IMG/VR virus record: IMGVR_UViG_3300021139_001382
Coordinates: 3,221-67,220 of that record
Strand: one strand, 5' to 3'
DNA from: a virus
DNA: 64,000 nucleotides
Shown here: piece after piece, positions 1-11,300 of the stretch
How the letters are laid out: every line of letters starts with the position of its first letter
How positions within the stretch are numbered: position 1 is the first letter of the stretch
Position numbers and translations under genes: made by a program
The notes under the pieces: model-generated
Databases searched by the model: none
The model's input: the letters and a program-made list of their open reading frames with translations, nothing else
Told to the model about the DNA's origin: nothing

Positions 1-1
1 C

Positions 2-1054
2 CCGGCAATATCTACGACCTATTCTAACCCTCCTAAGAAATACTACGGTCCTCATAAGAGATACAAATACTGGTACACTGGTCAGAACTCGGAAATCATA
101 CAGTATGAGCAACAACTAAATAACAACTGGTTTAACTCAGTGCTGGCGGCAACCGGTGATAATAGTGCCCAGGGAGGCACTGCTGATACTTCTACTACTT
201 CTAACGTTCCTAACACCGGAATTAAAACCGGATCTAAGCCAGGGGCTATGGATGCACAAAATGCGTATGTTACTTCGCTGTATGATCCGGGTAGCTGGGT
301 AGAAGCGAAAATAAAAATATTAGGTGATCCTGATTTTCTGACCTCTAATCCAGCCGGGGGTGTCAACGAGGTGTATAATCAGTTTTATCACACTGACAGA
401 ACGATTAATGCAAACGGTGGTCAGGTGTTCATTGAGATATCTTTTTCTGAGGGCATAGATTACAACAATAATACGGGCACGATGGATCTAAATTCCAGCA
501 TATTCATCACTGATTATCCCCCTGAAGCCAAGATAGAAGGTCTGTGTTATTTGATAACTAAGATCACCAGCACTTTTGTTAACGGATCATTCACCCAAGA
601 CATTGTAGCGGCCGCGCAGACGACTTTCCCGGCGGCCGCAAAAACGGCGGCAGCATCAGCGAGACCCGTTCTTGACACCCCCGGCAGAGGTGCTAGTAGC
701 GAAGGTAACGCCGGTGAAGCAGAAGCCAGAGAAAATCTTGCAGCACAAACAGGTGCAGCATCTGCCGCAGAAGCCGGCCTCGCCGCGCAGGCGGCCGCCT
801 CGCAGATAACATCAAAAGCAGCACCGGCGATCACCTCATTCAATGCAGCAAAAGACTCTCAACTATATAATGCAACACAAGGGTCAGATACTCCGGTCGG
901 TTTTAGCCCATCAAAAGATTCGCAGGCAGCAAACGAAGTTGCAGATGATGATGCTAACGCCAGTTATAATGCCTTGGAAAAGAACAGAATACCTGCTAAC
1001 AGTGATGCCGGTGGCAGGGAAGATTCACGGACAGACCGAGCATCTGGCTCATAA
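2..1054 (+). CDS. 5'-truncated virion structural protein, probably baseplate hub/tail-associated
   Basis: The frame of ORF 140..1054 is open back to base 2 (PAISTTYSNPPKKYYGPHKRYKYWYTGQNSEII...), so the gene starts upstream of the window. The segments IKILGDPDFL and GLCYLITKITSTFVNGSFTQ resemble the C-terminus of phage hub (gp27/gpD-like) proteins, and the gene lies directly upstream of the gp5-like spike. Confidence 0.6.
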   Translation, partial: PAISTTYSNPPKKYYGPHKRYKYWYTGQNSEIIQYEQQLNNNWFNSVLAATGDNSAQGGTADTSTTSNVPNTGIKTGSKPGAMDAQNAYVTSLYDPGSWVEAKIKILGDPDFLTSNPAGGVNEVYNQFYHTDRTINANGGQVFIEISFSEGIDYNNNTGTMDLNSSIFITDYPPEAKIEGLCYLITKITSTFVNGSFTQDIVAAAQTTFPAAAKTAAASARPVLDTPGRGASSEGNAGEAEARENLAAQTGAASAAEAGLAAQAAASQITSKAAPAITSFNAAKDSQLYNATQGSDTPVGFSPSKDSQAANEVADDDANASYNALEKNRIPANSDAGGREDSRTDRASGS

Positions 1055-1067
1055 TAAAGGAACATAA

Positions 1068-3707
1068 ATGGCATGGGATATATTTAAACCGAACGGACCA
1101 ACTAAGGCAAGCCAGCCTAACGCCGGCGGCGCCAACATCCGTACGGTTCCGGTAATTGGTGTCGTCAAAGATAACATCGATCCTATTCGCGCCGGCAGAC
1201 TTCAAGTATACATTTCAGACTTCAGTGGTAAAGACGCTGATAATAGCAACAGTTGGATCACTGTTTGTCAGATGAGCAACTTCTACGGGCTTACTCAGGC
1301 ATCTGGTGCAGAGACTGGTCATGGCGAGTTTCTGAAGAACCCACATTCATACGGTATCTGGCAATCACCACCTGACATTGGAACAAGCGTGATATGTTTC
1401 TTCGTTAATGGAGATCCTAACTACGGATACTATGTTGGTAGTGTTATGGAACCCGAAGCACTTCAAATGGTTCCTGCTATAGGATCCAGAGACAATATTG
1501 TTACTAACGCCGGCGAAGCAAAGAGTTACGGTGGTGCAACGAGATTACCGGTAGTCAATATCAATGCTAACAATAAAAAGATTTTCGAGTCAGCAACTTT
1601 TCTGGATGAGGCGGCACCAGTACATAGTTATGTCGCTGGCATATTAAGTCAGCAGGGCCTGCTGCGTGATCCTATCCGAGGGACAATCGGGTCATCTTCA
1701 CAGCGCGAATCGCCTAGTAGACTGGGCTGGGGCGTAAGTACACCGGGTCGTCCATTATACGACGGTGGATACACTGATGAAACAATTGCTGATGCTGCTA
1801 AAAAGGATGGCCAGCAGGCGGCATTAAAAGTAGTTGCCAGACGCGGCGGGCACAGTCTTGTTATGGATGACGGAGACGTTATTGGTCAGGATCAGCTTGT
1901 AAGACTTCGCACATCGACTGGTCACCAGATTCTTATGAGTGATAGTGGTCAGACGCTATTCATCATTCATGCTAACGGACAGACATGGATTGAGCTTGGT
2001 AAAGAAGGCACGATTGATCTATTCGCAACGAACAGCGTCAACATCAGAACACAGGGCGATCTGAATCTTCACGCAGATAACAACATCAACATCAACGCAG
2101 CTAAGGCACTGAATGTATCAGCCGAGACAATAAAGATAAGCTCTGAAAAAGAAACAGCACAGAAAGTAGGAACTGATTTCAGCTTCTATTCAACGGGCAA
2201 GTATACAGTTAAAGTCGGCGCAGGCATGAGCATGGCGTCAGCGGGCGAAGCATCGTATCTAAGTGACAGCATAACTTACATCAACGGTAGCAAGATCAAT
2301 CTGAACACAGGTGCAGCAGGTCTTGTCCCGGCAGAAGTTAAACCGATTCCAATCGTGGCACACACTGATTCGTTATTCGACGCCACAGTAGGTTGGGCCC
2401 CGGCACCGGGCAAACTTATGAGCATAGTCAGTCGGGCCCCGGCACACTCGCCGTGGGCAAGTGCAGGGCAAGGGGTAGATGTAAAAGTAAGTGGCAGTGC
2501 AAGTTCGCAGCTACCAGCAGCACCTGCACCGGCAGTGGCAGCAGCAAATGCAAACGCAGGTGCACCCGCCAATCCAGTAAAAACAGCAGTGGCCGCAACG
2601 GCACCTCCTACTGTGGCAGTGAGTGCAGCACTAGACAAGGCTACCACTGGGGCATTGCTAACACAAGTCTCTACAATGGCAGCATCAGGGCCGGCAGCAG
2701 CGGCCGTAAAGCTTGGCGCAGGAATTGTTGACACTGGAACAAGTTGCAGTATCGCAGTAGGCGCGTTCGCCGCAAATGCAACTCAACTAGTGTCTGATGG
2801 TACACTGAAAGCAGGGGCGGATACTCTGGTTAACGGTCTGGCGCAAGTAAACTCAGATATTAATAAGGTGCTGACGCCTAACTTGTTCACTGGCAAACCC
2901 GGAGCAGAAAATCTACAAGCACTTGTCAGTAATATGCCCGCGCAAGCTGCTGGTCTGGTGACTAACATGCAACAGGCACAGTCTGTGTTGACCACTGCCG
3001 GAGTGATAACTGGTAAAGAGTCAGCTAACTCAATAGCAGGTCCTGTATTAGCAGCAACAGTGGCTGGCCCTGCAGCAGCAATTGCTGCTATCCAAGGCGC
3101 AGCAGGTGCTGCGATAGGAGCAGTGACTGGTGCAATAGGAGCGGTTACCGGAGCACTTGGCTCAGCCGCAAACGCTCTGGCATCAGGCAACTTTGCAGGT
3201 AATCTGGCATCAGCGGTAACTGGCGGATTAAGTAGTATAGCCGGAGCAGTAAAAAGTTCACTCGCCGGCGTAGCAGGATTAATTGAAAATGCTAAGGGTG
3301 TGGCAGCCGGAGCATTTGCTGCAATTACAAAATCATTTAAGCCATTCCCCGGAGTCCCCGGTATGCCCGTCAACTTAACAGAGCTTGCTAAGAAGGCAGC
3401 AGAAGCAGAAGCAGCAGTAGCCAACGCAGTGCCTAATCCAACTGATATGAAACTAGCAGCAGGGACGCTAGGTGCAATGGCAGGTAGCATACCGGGTGCC
3501 AGTGCGATAACAGGTGCATTGGGAAGTGTGACCGGGGCTATAGGAAGTGTATCAGGGTCAGTGCCTAGTCTCAGTTCAATACCGGGAGTAGGCGCAGTAA
3601 CCGGAGCAATAAGTAGTGCCACAGCAGCAGTCAATGACCCGTCAGCAGTTGTAGCTTCGGCCGCAAGCGAAGTGGGCTCAGCATACGGAGGAAAAGCAAA
3701 TGGCTGA
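1068..3707 (+). CDS. Baseplate central spike, gp5/VgrG-like (OB-fold plus beta-helix), with a long Ala/Gly-rich C-terminal extension
   Basis: N-terminal GVVKDNIDPIRAGRLQVYI...YGIWQSPPDIGTSVICFF is a Gp5 OB-fold pattern. GHQILMSD...TWIELGKEGTIDLFA...NIRTQGDLNLHADNNINI are beta-helix-type repeats, followed by RAPAHSPW. The RBS AAGGA lies upstream. No lysozyme domain is recognisable. Confidence 0.8.
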   Translation: MAWDIFKPNGPTKASQPNAGGANIRTVPVIGVVKDNIDPIRAGRLQVYISDFSGKDADNSNSWITVCQMSNFYGLTQASGAETGHGEFLKNPHSYGIWQSPPDIGTSVICFFVNGDPNYGYYVGSVMEPEALQMVPAIGSRDNIVTNAGEAKSYGGATRLPVVNINANNKKIFESATFLDEAAPVHSYVAGILSQQGLLRDPIRGTIGSSSQRESPSRLGWGVSTPGRPLYDGGYTDETIADAAKKDGQQAALKVVARRGGHSLVMDDGDVIGQDQLVRLRTSTGHQILMSDSGQTLFIIHANGQTWIELGKEGTIDLFATNSVNIRTQGDLNLHADNNININAAKALNVSAETIKISSEKETAQKVGTDFSFYSTGKYTVKVGAGMSMASAGEASYLSDSITYINGSKINLNTGAAGLVPAEVKPIPIVAHTDSLFDATVGWAPAPGKLMSIVSRAPAHSPWASAGQGVDVKVSGSASSQLPAAPAPAVAAANANAGAPANPVKTAVAATAPPTVAVSAALDKATTGALLTQVSTMAASGPAAAAVKLGAGIVDTGTSCSIAVGAFAANATQLVSDGTLKAGADTLVNGLAQVNSDINKVLTPNLFTGKPGAENLQALVSNMPAQAAGLVTNMQQAQSVLTTAGVITGKESANSIAGPVLAATVAGPAAAIAAIQGAAGAAIGAVTGAIGAVTGALGSAANALASGNFAGNLASAVTGGLSSIAGAVKSSLAGVAGLIENAKGVAAGAFAAITKSFKPFPGVPGMPVNLTELAKKAAEAEAAVANAVPNPTDMKLAAGTLGAMAGSIPGASAITGALGSVTGAIGSVSGSVPSLSSIPGVGAVTGAISSATAAVNDPSAVVASAASEVGSAYGGKANG

Positions 3708-4404
3708 TATTCCAACATCTTTGACACAGGCAGTTAGCACTGTGAAAACCGCAGCAGCATCGCTAACTAGCGGGGTAAGCGCCCTGCCAGGAGGAATGAG
3801 TGCTATTGCATCCGTAGTTAACAATGCATCCGGCGCACTGAACGCTATACCGGGAGTAGGTGCTATCGCCGGAGCATTAGGATCGGTCGGGGCGTTGGTC
3901 GGAGCAGCAACCAATGGACTAGACATTTTAAAGGCAGGCGGAGCAAGTCTATCAGCACTGGCGACAACTGGCTTATCGCCAGCAGCGGCCGCCCAAATGA
4001 ACTCTGCAATCGCCGCACTAAGTTCAGGTGGCGCAGTCCCCATTAAACTACCTACCGTGGCAACAGGAACATTTGATCGTGGTGAAATGGCGTCACAGAT
4101 GGCGTCTGTATTCGGCAGCACTAAAATACCTGCTCCGAACTTTTCGGGGGTAATCTCAGCCGGGGCCAAATCATCGTATGATACACAAATAGCTGATCTT
4201 AAAGCATTAATCGCAAAAAAGTCTGCAATCACAGACGAAACATTAGCACTAACTCAAAAATTTAAAGAGTCTAAAGCAAAGTTAGCTGACGTTACCAATA
4301 ACTACCCACAAGGTGATCCTCAAATAGCTGTGGTTATGGCCGAGCGCGATTCTTTGTTGACCCAGATTAGTGCTAAAATGGCCGAGTATGACAAGTTAAA
4401 ATAA
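3700..4404 (+). CDS. Hypothetical virion-associated protein, Ala/Gly-rich with a coiled-coil-like C-terminus
   Basis: GGAGG at 3687-3691 lies 8 nt before the ATG. The start overlaps the spike stop and the gene sits between the spike and gp25-like genes. Confidence 0.7.
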   Translation: MADIPTSLTQAVSTVKTAAASLTSGVSALPGGMSAIASVVNNASGALNAIPGVGAIAGALGSVGALVGAATNGLDILKAGGASLSALATTGLSPAAAAQMNSAIAALSSGGAVPIKLPTVATGTFDRGEMASQMASVFGSTKIPAPNFSGVISAGAKSSYDTQIADLKALIAKKSAITDETLALTQKFKESKAKLADVTNNYPQGDPQIAVVMAERDSLLTQISAKMAEYDKLK

Positions 4405-4412
4405 GATAAATA
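4405..4412 (+). promoter_or_regulatory. Late-promoter-like motif GATAAATA
   Basis: Sits in the 12-nt gap before the gp25-like gene and differs by 1 base from the T4 late consensus TATAAATA. Confidence 0.5.
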
Positions 4413-4416
4413 TAGT

Positions 4417-4866
4417 ATGCCCAACTACATCGGATTCTCTACTATCAATGCTAACAAGCCTCGTTCTACTAATCTAAACCCGGGTAAGTCGGGCGGAACT
4501 GGTAGCATGGTGCAGCCAATCGTATATGGTAAGAAGTTTAGACTCGTTGATGAAAAGCTTGTTATTCAGGACTTTATCAACGCACTGAACATTCAACAAG
4601 GGCAGAAAGTTGGCAATCCGGGCTATGGCACCTCACTCTGGTCATTCGTATTCGAACCAAATACGACTGATGTTCGCTTTCAATTAGAGACTGAAATCAG
4701 ACGAGTTGCCGGTCAAGATCCTCGTATGCTTCTCAATTCAGTGCAGACTTATCCTCAGGAAAACGGCATTCTTATTGAAATTGAGATGGCAGTAACCCCG
4801 TTCAACAACGCGCAAACTCTCAACGTATTCTTCAGCAACGCCTCAGGCAGAGCAATTATTCAATAA
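4417..4866 (+). CDS. Baseplate wedge subunit, gp25-like
   Basis: 149 aa. LVIQDFINALNIQQGQKVGNPGYGTSLWSFVFEP...IRRVAGQDPR matches the GPW/gp25 pattern (GExxxxPxFG...L.E...PR), and the position before a gp6-like gene is typical. Confidence 0.85.
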   Translation: MPNYIGFSTINANKPRSTNLNPGKSGGTGSMVQPIVYGKKFRLVDEKLVIQDFINALNIQQGQKVGNPGYGTSLWSFVFEPNTTDVRFQLETEIRRVAGQDPRMLLNSVQTYPQENGILIEIEMAVTPFNNAQTLNVFFSNASGRAIIQ

Positions 4867-4913
4867 ACGGAATATTTTGACAGGTGTATTCAAAAACACC
4901 CGGATTAGGTTAG

Positions 4914-4921
4914 TATAAATA
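4914..4921 (+). promoter_or_regulatory. T4-type late promoter TATAAATA
   Basis: Exact consensus in the intergenic gap, followed by the RBS AAGGA and the ATG at 4939. Confidence 0.65.
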
Positions 4922-4938
4922 CATAAAAGGATTTATGT

Positions 4939-7900
4939 ATGGCTACCTCATCAAGACAAAGTTCACTTTTCGGTGTCAATGACTGGAAGGCCCTGTACCA
5001 AACATTCCGTGAAGCGGATTTTAAATCGTATGATTATGAAACATTACGAAAGAGTTTCATCGACTACCTTCGATCTTACTATCCAGAAACGTATAACGAC
5101 TACATCGAAAGCTCAGAGTTTATCGCCTTAATGGACGTGATGGCGTTCATGGGTCAAGGTCTTGCTTTCAGAAACGATCTGAATACACGTGAGAACTTCA
5201 TTGACACAGCAGAACGTAGAGACTCCGTTGTAAAACTTGCTAATCTTGTCAGCTATGTCGCTAAGAGAAACCTAGCAGGTCAAGGCTATCTCAAAGTGAC
5301 AAGTATTCAGACTACACAGAACATCACAGACCTGAACGGTTACAACCTGTCTAACTTAAACGTTCTTTGGAACGATCCTGCCAACGCAAACTGGCTTGAA
5401 CAATACAACACAATCATCAACGCTGCGCTGATCAACACACAACGCGTGGGTCGCCCGGGTAATTCAGCACAGATTTTAGGTATCAAGACAGACGAATACG
5501 CGCTGCAAATACCTCAGACTAACTTCCCAGTCGTGGCATTCTCGTCAACAGTAGACGACGGAGCTATGAACTTTGAATTAGTAAGTACGACCAGCGTAGG
5601 TACCGACTACATTTATGAGATTCCGCCGGGCCCAACTAGCAGATTTAACATGTTGTATCGCAACGATAAGTTGGGATACGGCAGTCCCAACACAGGATTC
5701 TTCTTCTACTTCAAACAAGGTCAGTTGCAGAACTATGACTTCAATTTGGCGCAACAAATATCTAATCAAGTAGTCGGTGTGGGCGAGATCCAAGGTGTCA
5801 ATAACTCTGATACTTGGTTGTATCAACTATCAGCTTCTAACGGTTTACCTACTCTATGGAATCAAGTGGAGAATGTATACGCTGATGCATATCTACAAAC
5901 AACTTCAGGTAGTCGTAAAATATTCGCCACAGTATCCGGCTTCAATGATCAAGTAAGCTACACGTTTGGTGACGGCGTATTCTCGGAGATTCCAGTCGGA
6001 ACTTTCAGAGCATATGTTCGCGCCGGCAACGCGCTGACCTACACTATCGATCCTACAGAGATGCAGGGTGTCAGTGTTTCGATACCATACACCAGTCGTT
6101 CAGGACGAGCAGAAACATTGACAATGACACTGGATCTTCAGGTTCCAGTATCTAACGCGCAAGCAAGAGAGACCCTGGCCAGCATTAAGCAACGCGCTCC
6201 GACTCGTTACTATACACAGAACAGAATGGTTAATGGCGAAGATTACAATAACTTCCCGTACACGCTGTACAGTTCGATTATCAAGAGCAAGGCGATCAAT
6301 CGTAGCTCAGTTGGTGTTTCTCGTAACCTTGACTTGCTTGACCCTACCGGCAAGTATTCAAGCACGAACTCGTTTGCAGCAGATGGCGCCCTGTACCAAG
6401 ACGATACCAACGGCAACGTGCTAGAAACTATCACCAGTTCTGGAAACATCATCACGTTCCTTACTGATACTCTTGCTGCTATTCTTGCTGGCAGCAGAGC
6501 AGCACAATACTATTCGCAAAACTACACGCGCTATCCTGTGAACACTGCATCAGGTGATGGCACTGTATACTGGCAGGGCAGCACAGTTGATGCGAATAGC
6601 CTTACGGGATACTTCTTCAACTTAGTTGGTTCAGCGAATACTCCGATAGCTACTGGTACATATTCTACTCATAACGCGAAGTATATTACCAATGGAGCGA
6701 TGATTAAATTCACTGCTCCGCCCGGCTATTACTTCGACACTAATAACAGACTGGTGTCTGGTATCGCCGGACCGTCTAATACAACTTACATATGGACTAA
6801 TGTGTTAAATGTTATAGGTGATGGGTATAATAATGCTCTTGGTGCATTTGCTAATGGAACAGGTCCAATCACACTTAATGGATTTGTTCCTACTCGCGCA
6901 ATACTAACTACTATTATTCCTGCGTTTGATAATTCACTGCCTAACTCAGTAATCCAAGAATGTATCATCCGAATGGAATTACAACAAAGTTTCTCTCTGG
7001 TGTTTGACAACTCATTAACCATCGCACAAGACCGCTGGAGTATTTCTACTTATGATGTCCCGGGCTTCTTTGTTAATCTATTAAGCTTGGGTGGCAACAG
7101 ATATTCCGTATCATACCAATCCCTGGCATATTACTTTGGAAGTGTAGCTGACACCCGATTTTCGTTCGAAACAGGAAAGTTGGTATATGATCCGCTGTCT
7201 GGTAAGATATTGCAAGACTTCACTAATGTCCTCACTAGTAATACGCAGCCAGGGTCTACTTATCCGATGTCAAGAGATATTAAGGTGTCCATCATAGGAC
7301 AGACCGTAGAATCAGACGGTTATGTTAATGATTTTGAAGTCGAAGTGGCAAGTATAGATGTGAACAACAGAACACTCATTCAGAACCCTGATTTCTTCGA
7401 GGAAGTAACGGGGTATGTAACTGGTAAAACTAACATTGGCATTTACGCTTTCTTTGAACTAGTTGAAGATGCAGTTAATCTGTCAAGATATCAGCTTATT
7501 GCATCGTCACTTGTGTCGTATCAATACCCAAACATCACTCAAATAGAAGTTGTGAAGTATGAGTATCCGCTTGGTCAACTATTCTACGCATACACAGAGA
7601 ACAAGTTCTACACCACCGTGCAGAATAACGCAGTACAAACAGTATATTACACTCTGGTTGAGCAACTGCAATACTCAACAAAAGCAGGACGCCAAGGCCT
7701 GGCGTTCCAATATCGTCATAACTCAAACAACACGACACGTATTGATCCTGCTACAACTAACATCATCGACCTGTATCTCGTCACGCAGGCATACTACACT
7801 GCATATCGCAACTGGATTCAAGACACAACGAACACAATCGTCAAACCCACAGTCCCGACGATTAATGAATTGAATCAGGCATACAACAAGGTTCAAGATT

Positions 7901-8313
7901 ATAAGATGTTGAGCGACAGTGTTATTATGAACAGCGTAATCTTTAAGCCGTTATTCGGCCCTAAAGCGGACCCTGCATTGAGAGCAACGATTAAAGTCAT
8001 CAAGACAACGTTCACCAGCGCAAGTGACAGTGAAATAAGAAGCGCCACGTTGACAGCGATGAACACATATTTTGACGTTAACAATTGGAACTTTGGTGAC
8101 ACGTTCTACTTCTCTGAGTTGAGCGCATACCTTCATGCAAACATAGGTGAGCTTGTAAGTTCAGTTGTATTGGTGCCCAATGATCCAACAATGTCATTTG
8201 GTGATCTATATGAAATCAAGGCGGCACCGTATGAAATATTTGTTAATGCTGCAACTGCTAACGATGTGGTTGTTATTGCTGCTTTAACTTCCGCCGAATT
8301 ACAGATAAGATAA
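4939..8313 (+). CDS. Baseplate wedge subunit, gp6-like
   Basis: DFKSYDYETLRKSFIDYL...ENFIDTAERRDSVVKLANLVSY, YTFGDGVF and ETLASIKQRAP..YYTQNRMVNGEDY match T4 gp6-family signatures (FGDG; ET..SIK..AP...QNRAVT..DY). Confidence 0.85.
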   Translation: MATSSRQSSLFGVNDWKALYQTFREADFKSYDYETLRKSFIDYLRSYYPETYNDYIESSEFIALMDVMAFMGQGLAFRNDLNTRENFIDTAERRDSVVKLANLVSYVAKRNLAGQGYLKVTSIQTTQNITDLNGYNLSNLNVLWNDPANANWLEQYNTIINAALINTQRVGRPGNSAQILGIKTDEYALQIPQTNFPVVAFSSTVDDGAMNFELVSTTSVGTDYIYEIPPGPTSRFNMLYRNDKLGYGSPNTGFFFYFKQGQLQNYDFNLAQQISNQVVGVGEIQGVNNSDTWLYQLSASNGLPTLWNQVENVYADAYLQTTSGSRKIFATVSGFNDQVSYTFGDGVFSEIPVGTFRAYVRAGNALTYTIDPTEMQGVSVSIPYTSRSGRAETLTMTLDLQVPVSNAQARETLASIKQRAPTRYYTQNRMVNGEDYNNFPYTLYSSIIKSKAINRSSVGVSRNLDLLDPTGKYSSTNSFAADGALYQDDTNGNVLETITSSGNIITFLTDTLAAILAGSRAAQYYSQNYTRYPVNTASGDGTVYWQGSTVDANSLTGYFFNLVGSANTPIATGTYSTHNAKYITNGAMIKFTAPPGYYFDTNNRLVSGIAGPSNTTYIWTNVLNVIGDGYNNALGAFANGTGPITLNGFVPTRAILTTIIPAFDNSLPNSVIQECIIRMELQQSFSLVFDNSLTIAQDRWSISTYDVPGFFVNLLSLGGNRYSVSYQSLAYYFGSVADTRFSFETGKLVYDPLSGKILQDFTNVLTSNTQPGSTYPMSRDIKVSIIGQTVESDGYVNDFEVEVASIDVNNRTLIQNPDFFEEVTGYVTGKTNIGIYAFFELVEDAVNLSRYQLIASSLVSYQYPNITQIEVVKYEYPLGQLFYAYTENKFYTTVQNNAVQTVYYTLVEQLQYSTKAGRQGLAFQYRHNSNNTTRIDPATTNIIDLYLVTQAYYTAYRNWIQDTTNTIVKPTVPTINELNQAYNKVQDYKMLSDSVIMNSVIFKPLFGPKADPALRATIKVIKTTFTSASDSEIRSATLTAMNTYFDVNNWNFGDTFYFSELSAYLHANIGELVSSVVLVPNDPTMSFGDLYEIKAAPYEIFVNAATANDVVVIAALTSAELQIR

Positions 8314-8334
8314 GTATACTAAAGAGAAACATAT

Positions 8335-11300
8335 ATGGCAACAAGAATCCGAACTTTAAATTTTCTGCCAGAGATTTTTAAAACACTTACCAACTCACAG
8401 TTTTTAAACGCCACGCTAGATCAGATCGTAGATCAGCCTAACTTGGAGCGAATTCAGGGTTATATTGGTAGCAAGTTGGGGTATGGAATAAATGCTAAGA
8501 ACAACTATGTAACTGAGCCGACAAAGACCCGTACTGATTATCAACTTGATCCGGGCGTTGTGTTCCTTAAAAACGGTACGGGTACCTCACAAGATTTTAT
8601 CAGCTACCCAGGTATTATCGATGCTCTTGCACTTGAAGGCGGCGTCACCAATAATAACAGCAGACTATTCAACGGGCAGTTCTATTCATGGGATTCGTTT
8701 ACTGACTTAGATAAGATCATCAACTTCAATCAGTATTACTGGTTACCAGAGGGTCCGGCCCGAGTTAGCGTTTATAATTCTACAGTTTATAGTGAATCAG
8801 CATATATCGTAACTGATGTAGTTAATGGCTACAATATAACCGTCGACAGTCAAGCGCAGGGGGTGACCAATCCCACTATCACTTTGTTACGTGGAGGAAC
8901 CTATACGTTCGCCGTCAATCAAACCGGTCAGTTTTGGATTCAAGGCGAGCCCGGCGTTACTGGATATAGCTCCTCACAAACAAACGTGCAGACCAGAGAT
9001 GTTTTTGGAGTGGATAACAACGGTTCACAAACTGGATTTGTAACATTCAACGTACCTACTAAAAATGCACAAGACGAATACAATTTTCCCGGCAACAATT
9101 TTGTTGATGTGGTTAGCACACTACCGTATGATCAAATTAATGGTGCTTTAGTCAGCGAACTAGTAAACATAGATGGTATAACTGCATTGAATGGATTGAC
9201 ATTGATGTTCTATGATACAGGAGTTGCCAGCGAACAGGGATTCATTTCTACCTTCTATGATACTACAACATTTGATCAAATTGATCCGGCATTGGTTGAC
9301 GGATTTGGTAACTATGATGGCGGATACTATACGGACGTAAGTGCTACATTTTACACAATAACCTATATAGGCGATGTGGGCAGTCAAACAATACGCCTAG
9401 TCGAATCCGGCTCTATCCCCACGAATCAAAAAATCACAGCATCATTTGGTAATGAATGGATCAGTAGAAACTTTTATAGGAACACTTCCGGCACAGTATC
9501 ATTGATTCCATACTTGAGTGCTATTTTAGATACGTTGTATTACCAAGACGGAACAACGGCAAACAAGGTTGGCCAAATTAAGATTATTGACAGCAATGTT
9601 ACTAATACTCTTGATATTCTAACTGAAGTTTTGGGACAAAAAACATTCACATCATCAGATGGGGTTGCGTTCACTAACGGTCTTCGGGTCGTCTTTTCCG
9701 GGGACGTTTATCCTACAAGTTATAAGAATGTTCCGTTTTATGTAGAGGGAGTTGGCTCTGCTATTGAATTAATCCTTGTTGATGATCTTATTGCACCGGA
9801 GTTATTCAGTGCCGCCGGCACTGATATACCATTCGACACACTTGCATACGATATAGGAAACTTTGACAGCAGCCTGTATGTACCGGTTACTCCTGATTAT
9901 ATTACGGTGTCCAGAAATGCTATTAACAAAAATGCATGGTCAAGGAGTAACAGATGGTTTCATATAGATGTAATTACTGCTACAGCAACATACAACGACA
10001 ATCCTGATCTAGTTAGTCTATATGCTACTGCTGCTAACAAAGCAAAACGTCCTATCATAGAGTTTTATCCTAACCTTCGCATGTTTAACTCCGGGGTCGT
10101 TGGTAAGGCTCCAATTGACTTTATTGATTTCAAAACGCAGGACGCATTCTCATTAGTCGCTGGCCAGGAACATTACTACCCTGATATTGAGGTATATACT
10201 GGTTACGCAGCATCAATTGCAGCAGTGTCGATTTCCACTGTTGCTGCATCATCACTTGTTGTCGGTACATATTATAGCATAAGTGCATTGGGTGACACGA
10301 ATTGGAATGCAGTGGCAGGAACCTCAGGTGAAACATTCGCCGCAAACCAAGTCATATTATGTAAAGCAACGGGTTCAGGTACCGGCACTGGTATACCAGT
10401 GTCAACTACAGTGAGTGTGTTAACATCTGACATTACGGGAACATTTCAAGTAGGTCAGTATATAACAGATTCGACAAATTTACTTCCAAGAAATGCCTAT
10501 ATAACTGATATCACTGGTACAACTTCATTAACTATTACAGTCGCTTGGTCAACTCCTGTGGGGGTAGGCTCCTCTGCAAGTGCCTCGCTCGTAGCCTCTG
10601 ATACAACAAATGACAACTTTTCTTTATTCGAGGGTTCCCGTATTGTTTTCGCTGCTGATACAAATGATGAAGTTCGTAATAAGATATATGTTTCCCGTTT
10701 CTCATCTATCACCCCGACCTCAACTCCGGTAATCACATTATCAGATGCAGATGACAGCGTTGTTCTTGCCGACAACCAGACAGTTGCGTTCCGTGGATTC
10801 GAAAACACCGGTAAGAGTTTCTACTTCAATGGGTCTAAGTGGATTTCTGCTCAACAAAAAATAACCGTCAATCAGCCACCGTTGTTCGATATATTCGATG
10901 ACAACGGTATAAGCTTCGGTGACCCTGATTATTATATCGGAACATCGTTCACTGGCACTCCGCTGTTAGCGTATGGTATTGGCTCGGGATTAGATGACAT
11001 TATTCTTGGGTTCCCAGTACGATATAGCTCAGTTAATAATGTCGGTGACATAAGTTTTGATGTGTCTCTAAACTTGGATACATTTAACTATGTTCAAGGA
11101 TCGTCTCCCATCACACAAAATATTAATACAGGTTATGTTTACAACTACACTTCGTTGACAGAGCATGTTCGTCAGTTGGGATGGCAAACCGCTATTGCAC
11201 CTAGTGTGCAATATCAGGTGTTTGAGTTCCAATATCTGGAGTCAGCCCCGGTAACTACGTTCATCTGCGATGTAGCAATGAACAGTAATAACACTTGGCC

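Noticed and set aside
3680-3710. Programmed frameshift joining the spike gene to 3700..4404
   Set aside because: A well-spaced GGAGG and ATG support independent translation, and there is no clear slippery heptamer.
82-4232. Long antisense ORFs (for example 2783..3727, 3678..4232 and 2276..2734)
   Set aside because: They are shadows of Ala/Gly-rich plus-strand genes whose codons give few reverse-strand stops. They have no RBS or motifs.
4877-4921. TTGACA at 4877-4882 as a sigma70 -35 box, and weak hairpins (GGTGT/ACACC, TTTTGA/TCAAAA)
   Set aside because: The spacing to the TATAAA element is about 31 nt rather than 17. The stems are only 5-6 bp with no U-tract, so no promoter pair or terminator is called.
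1068-8313. Bacterial T6SS or extracellular contractile injection system interpretation of the VgrG/gp25-like genes
   Set aside because: There are no Tss membrane-complex or ATPase genes. The gp6-like wedge, Seg-like endonuclease, T4-like late motifs and gene density point to a phage.
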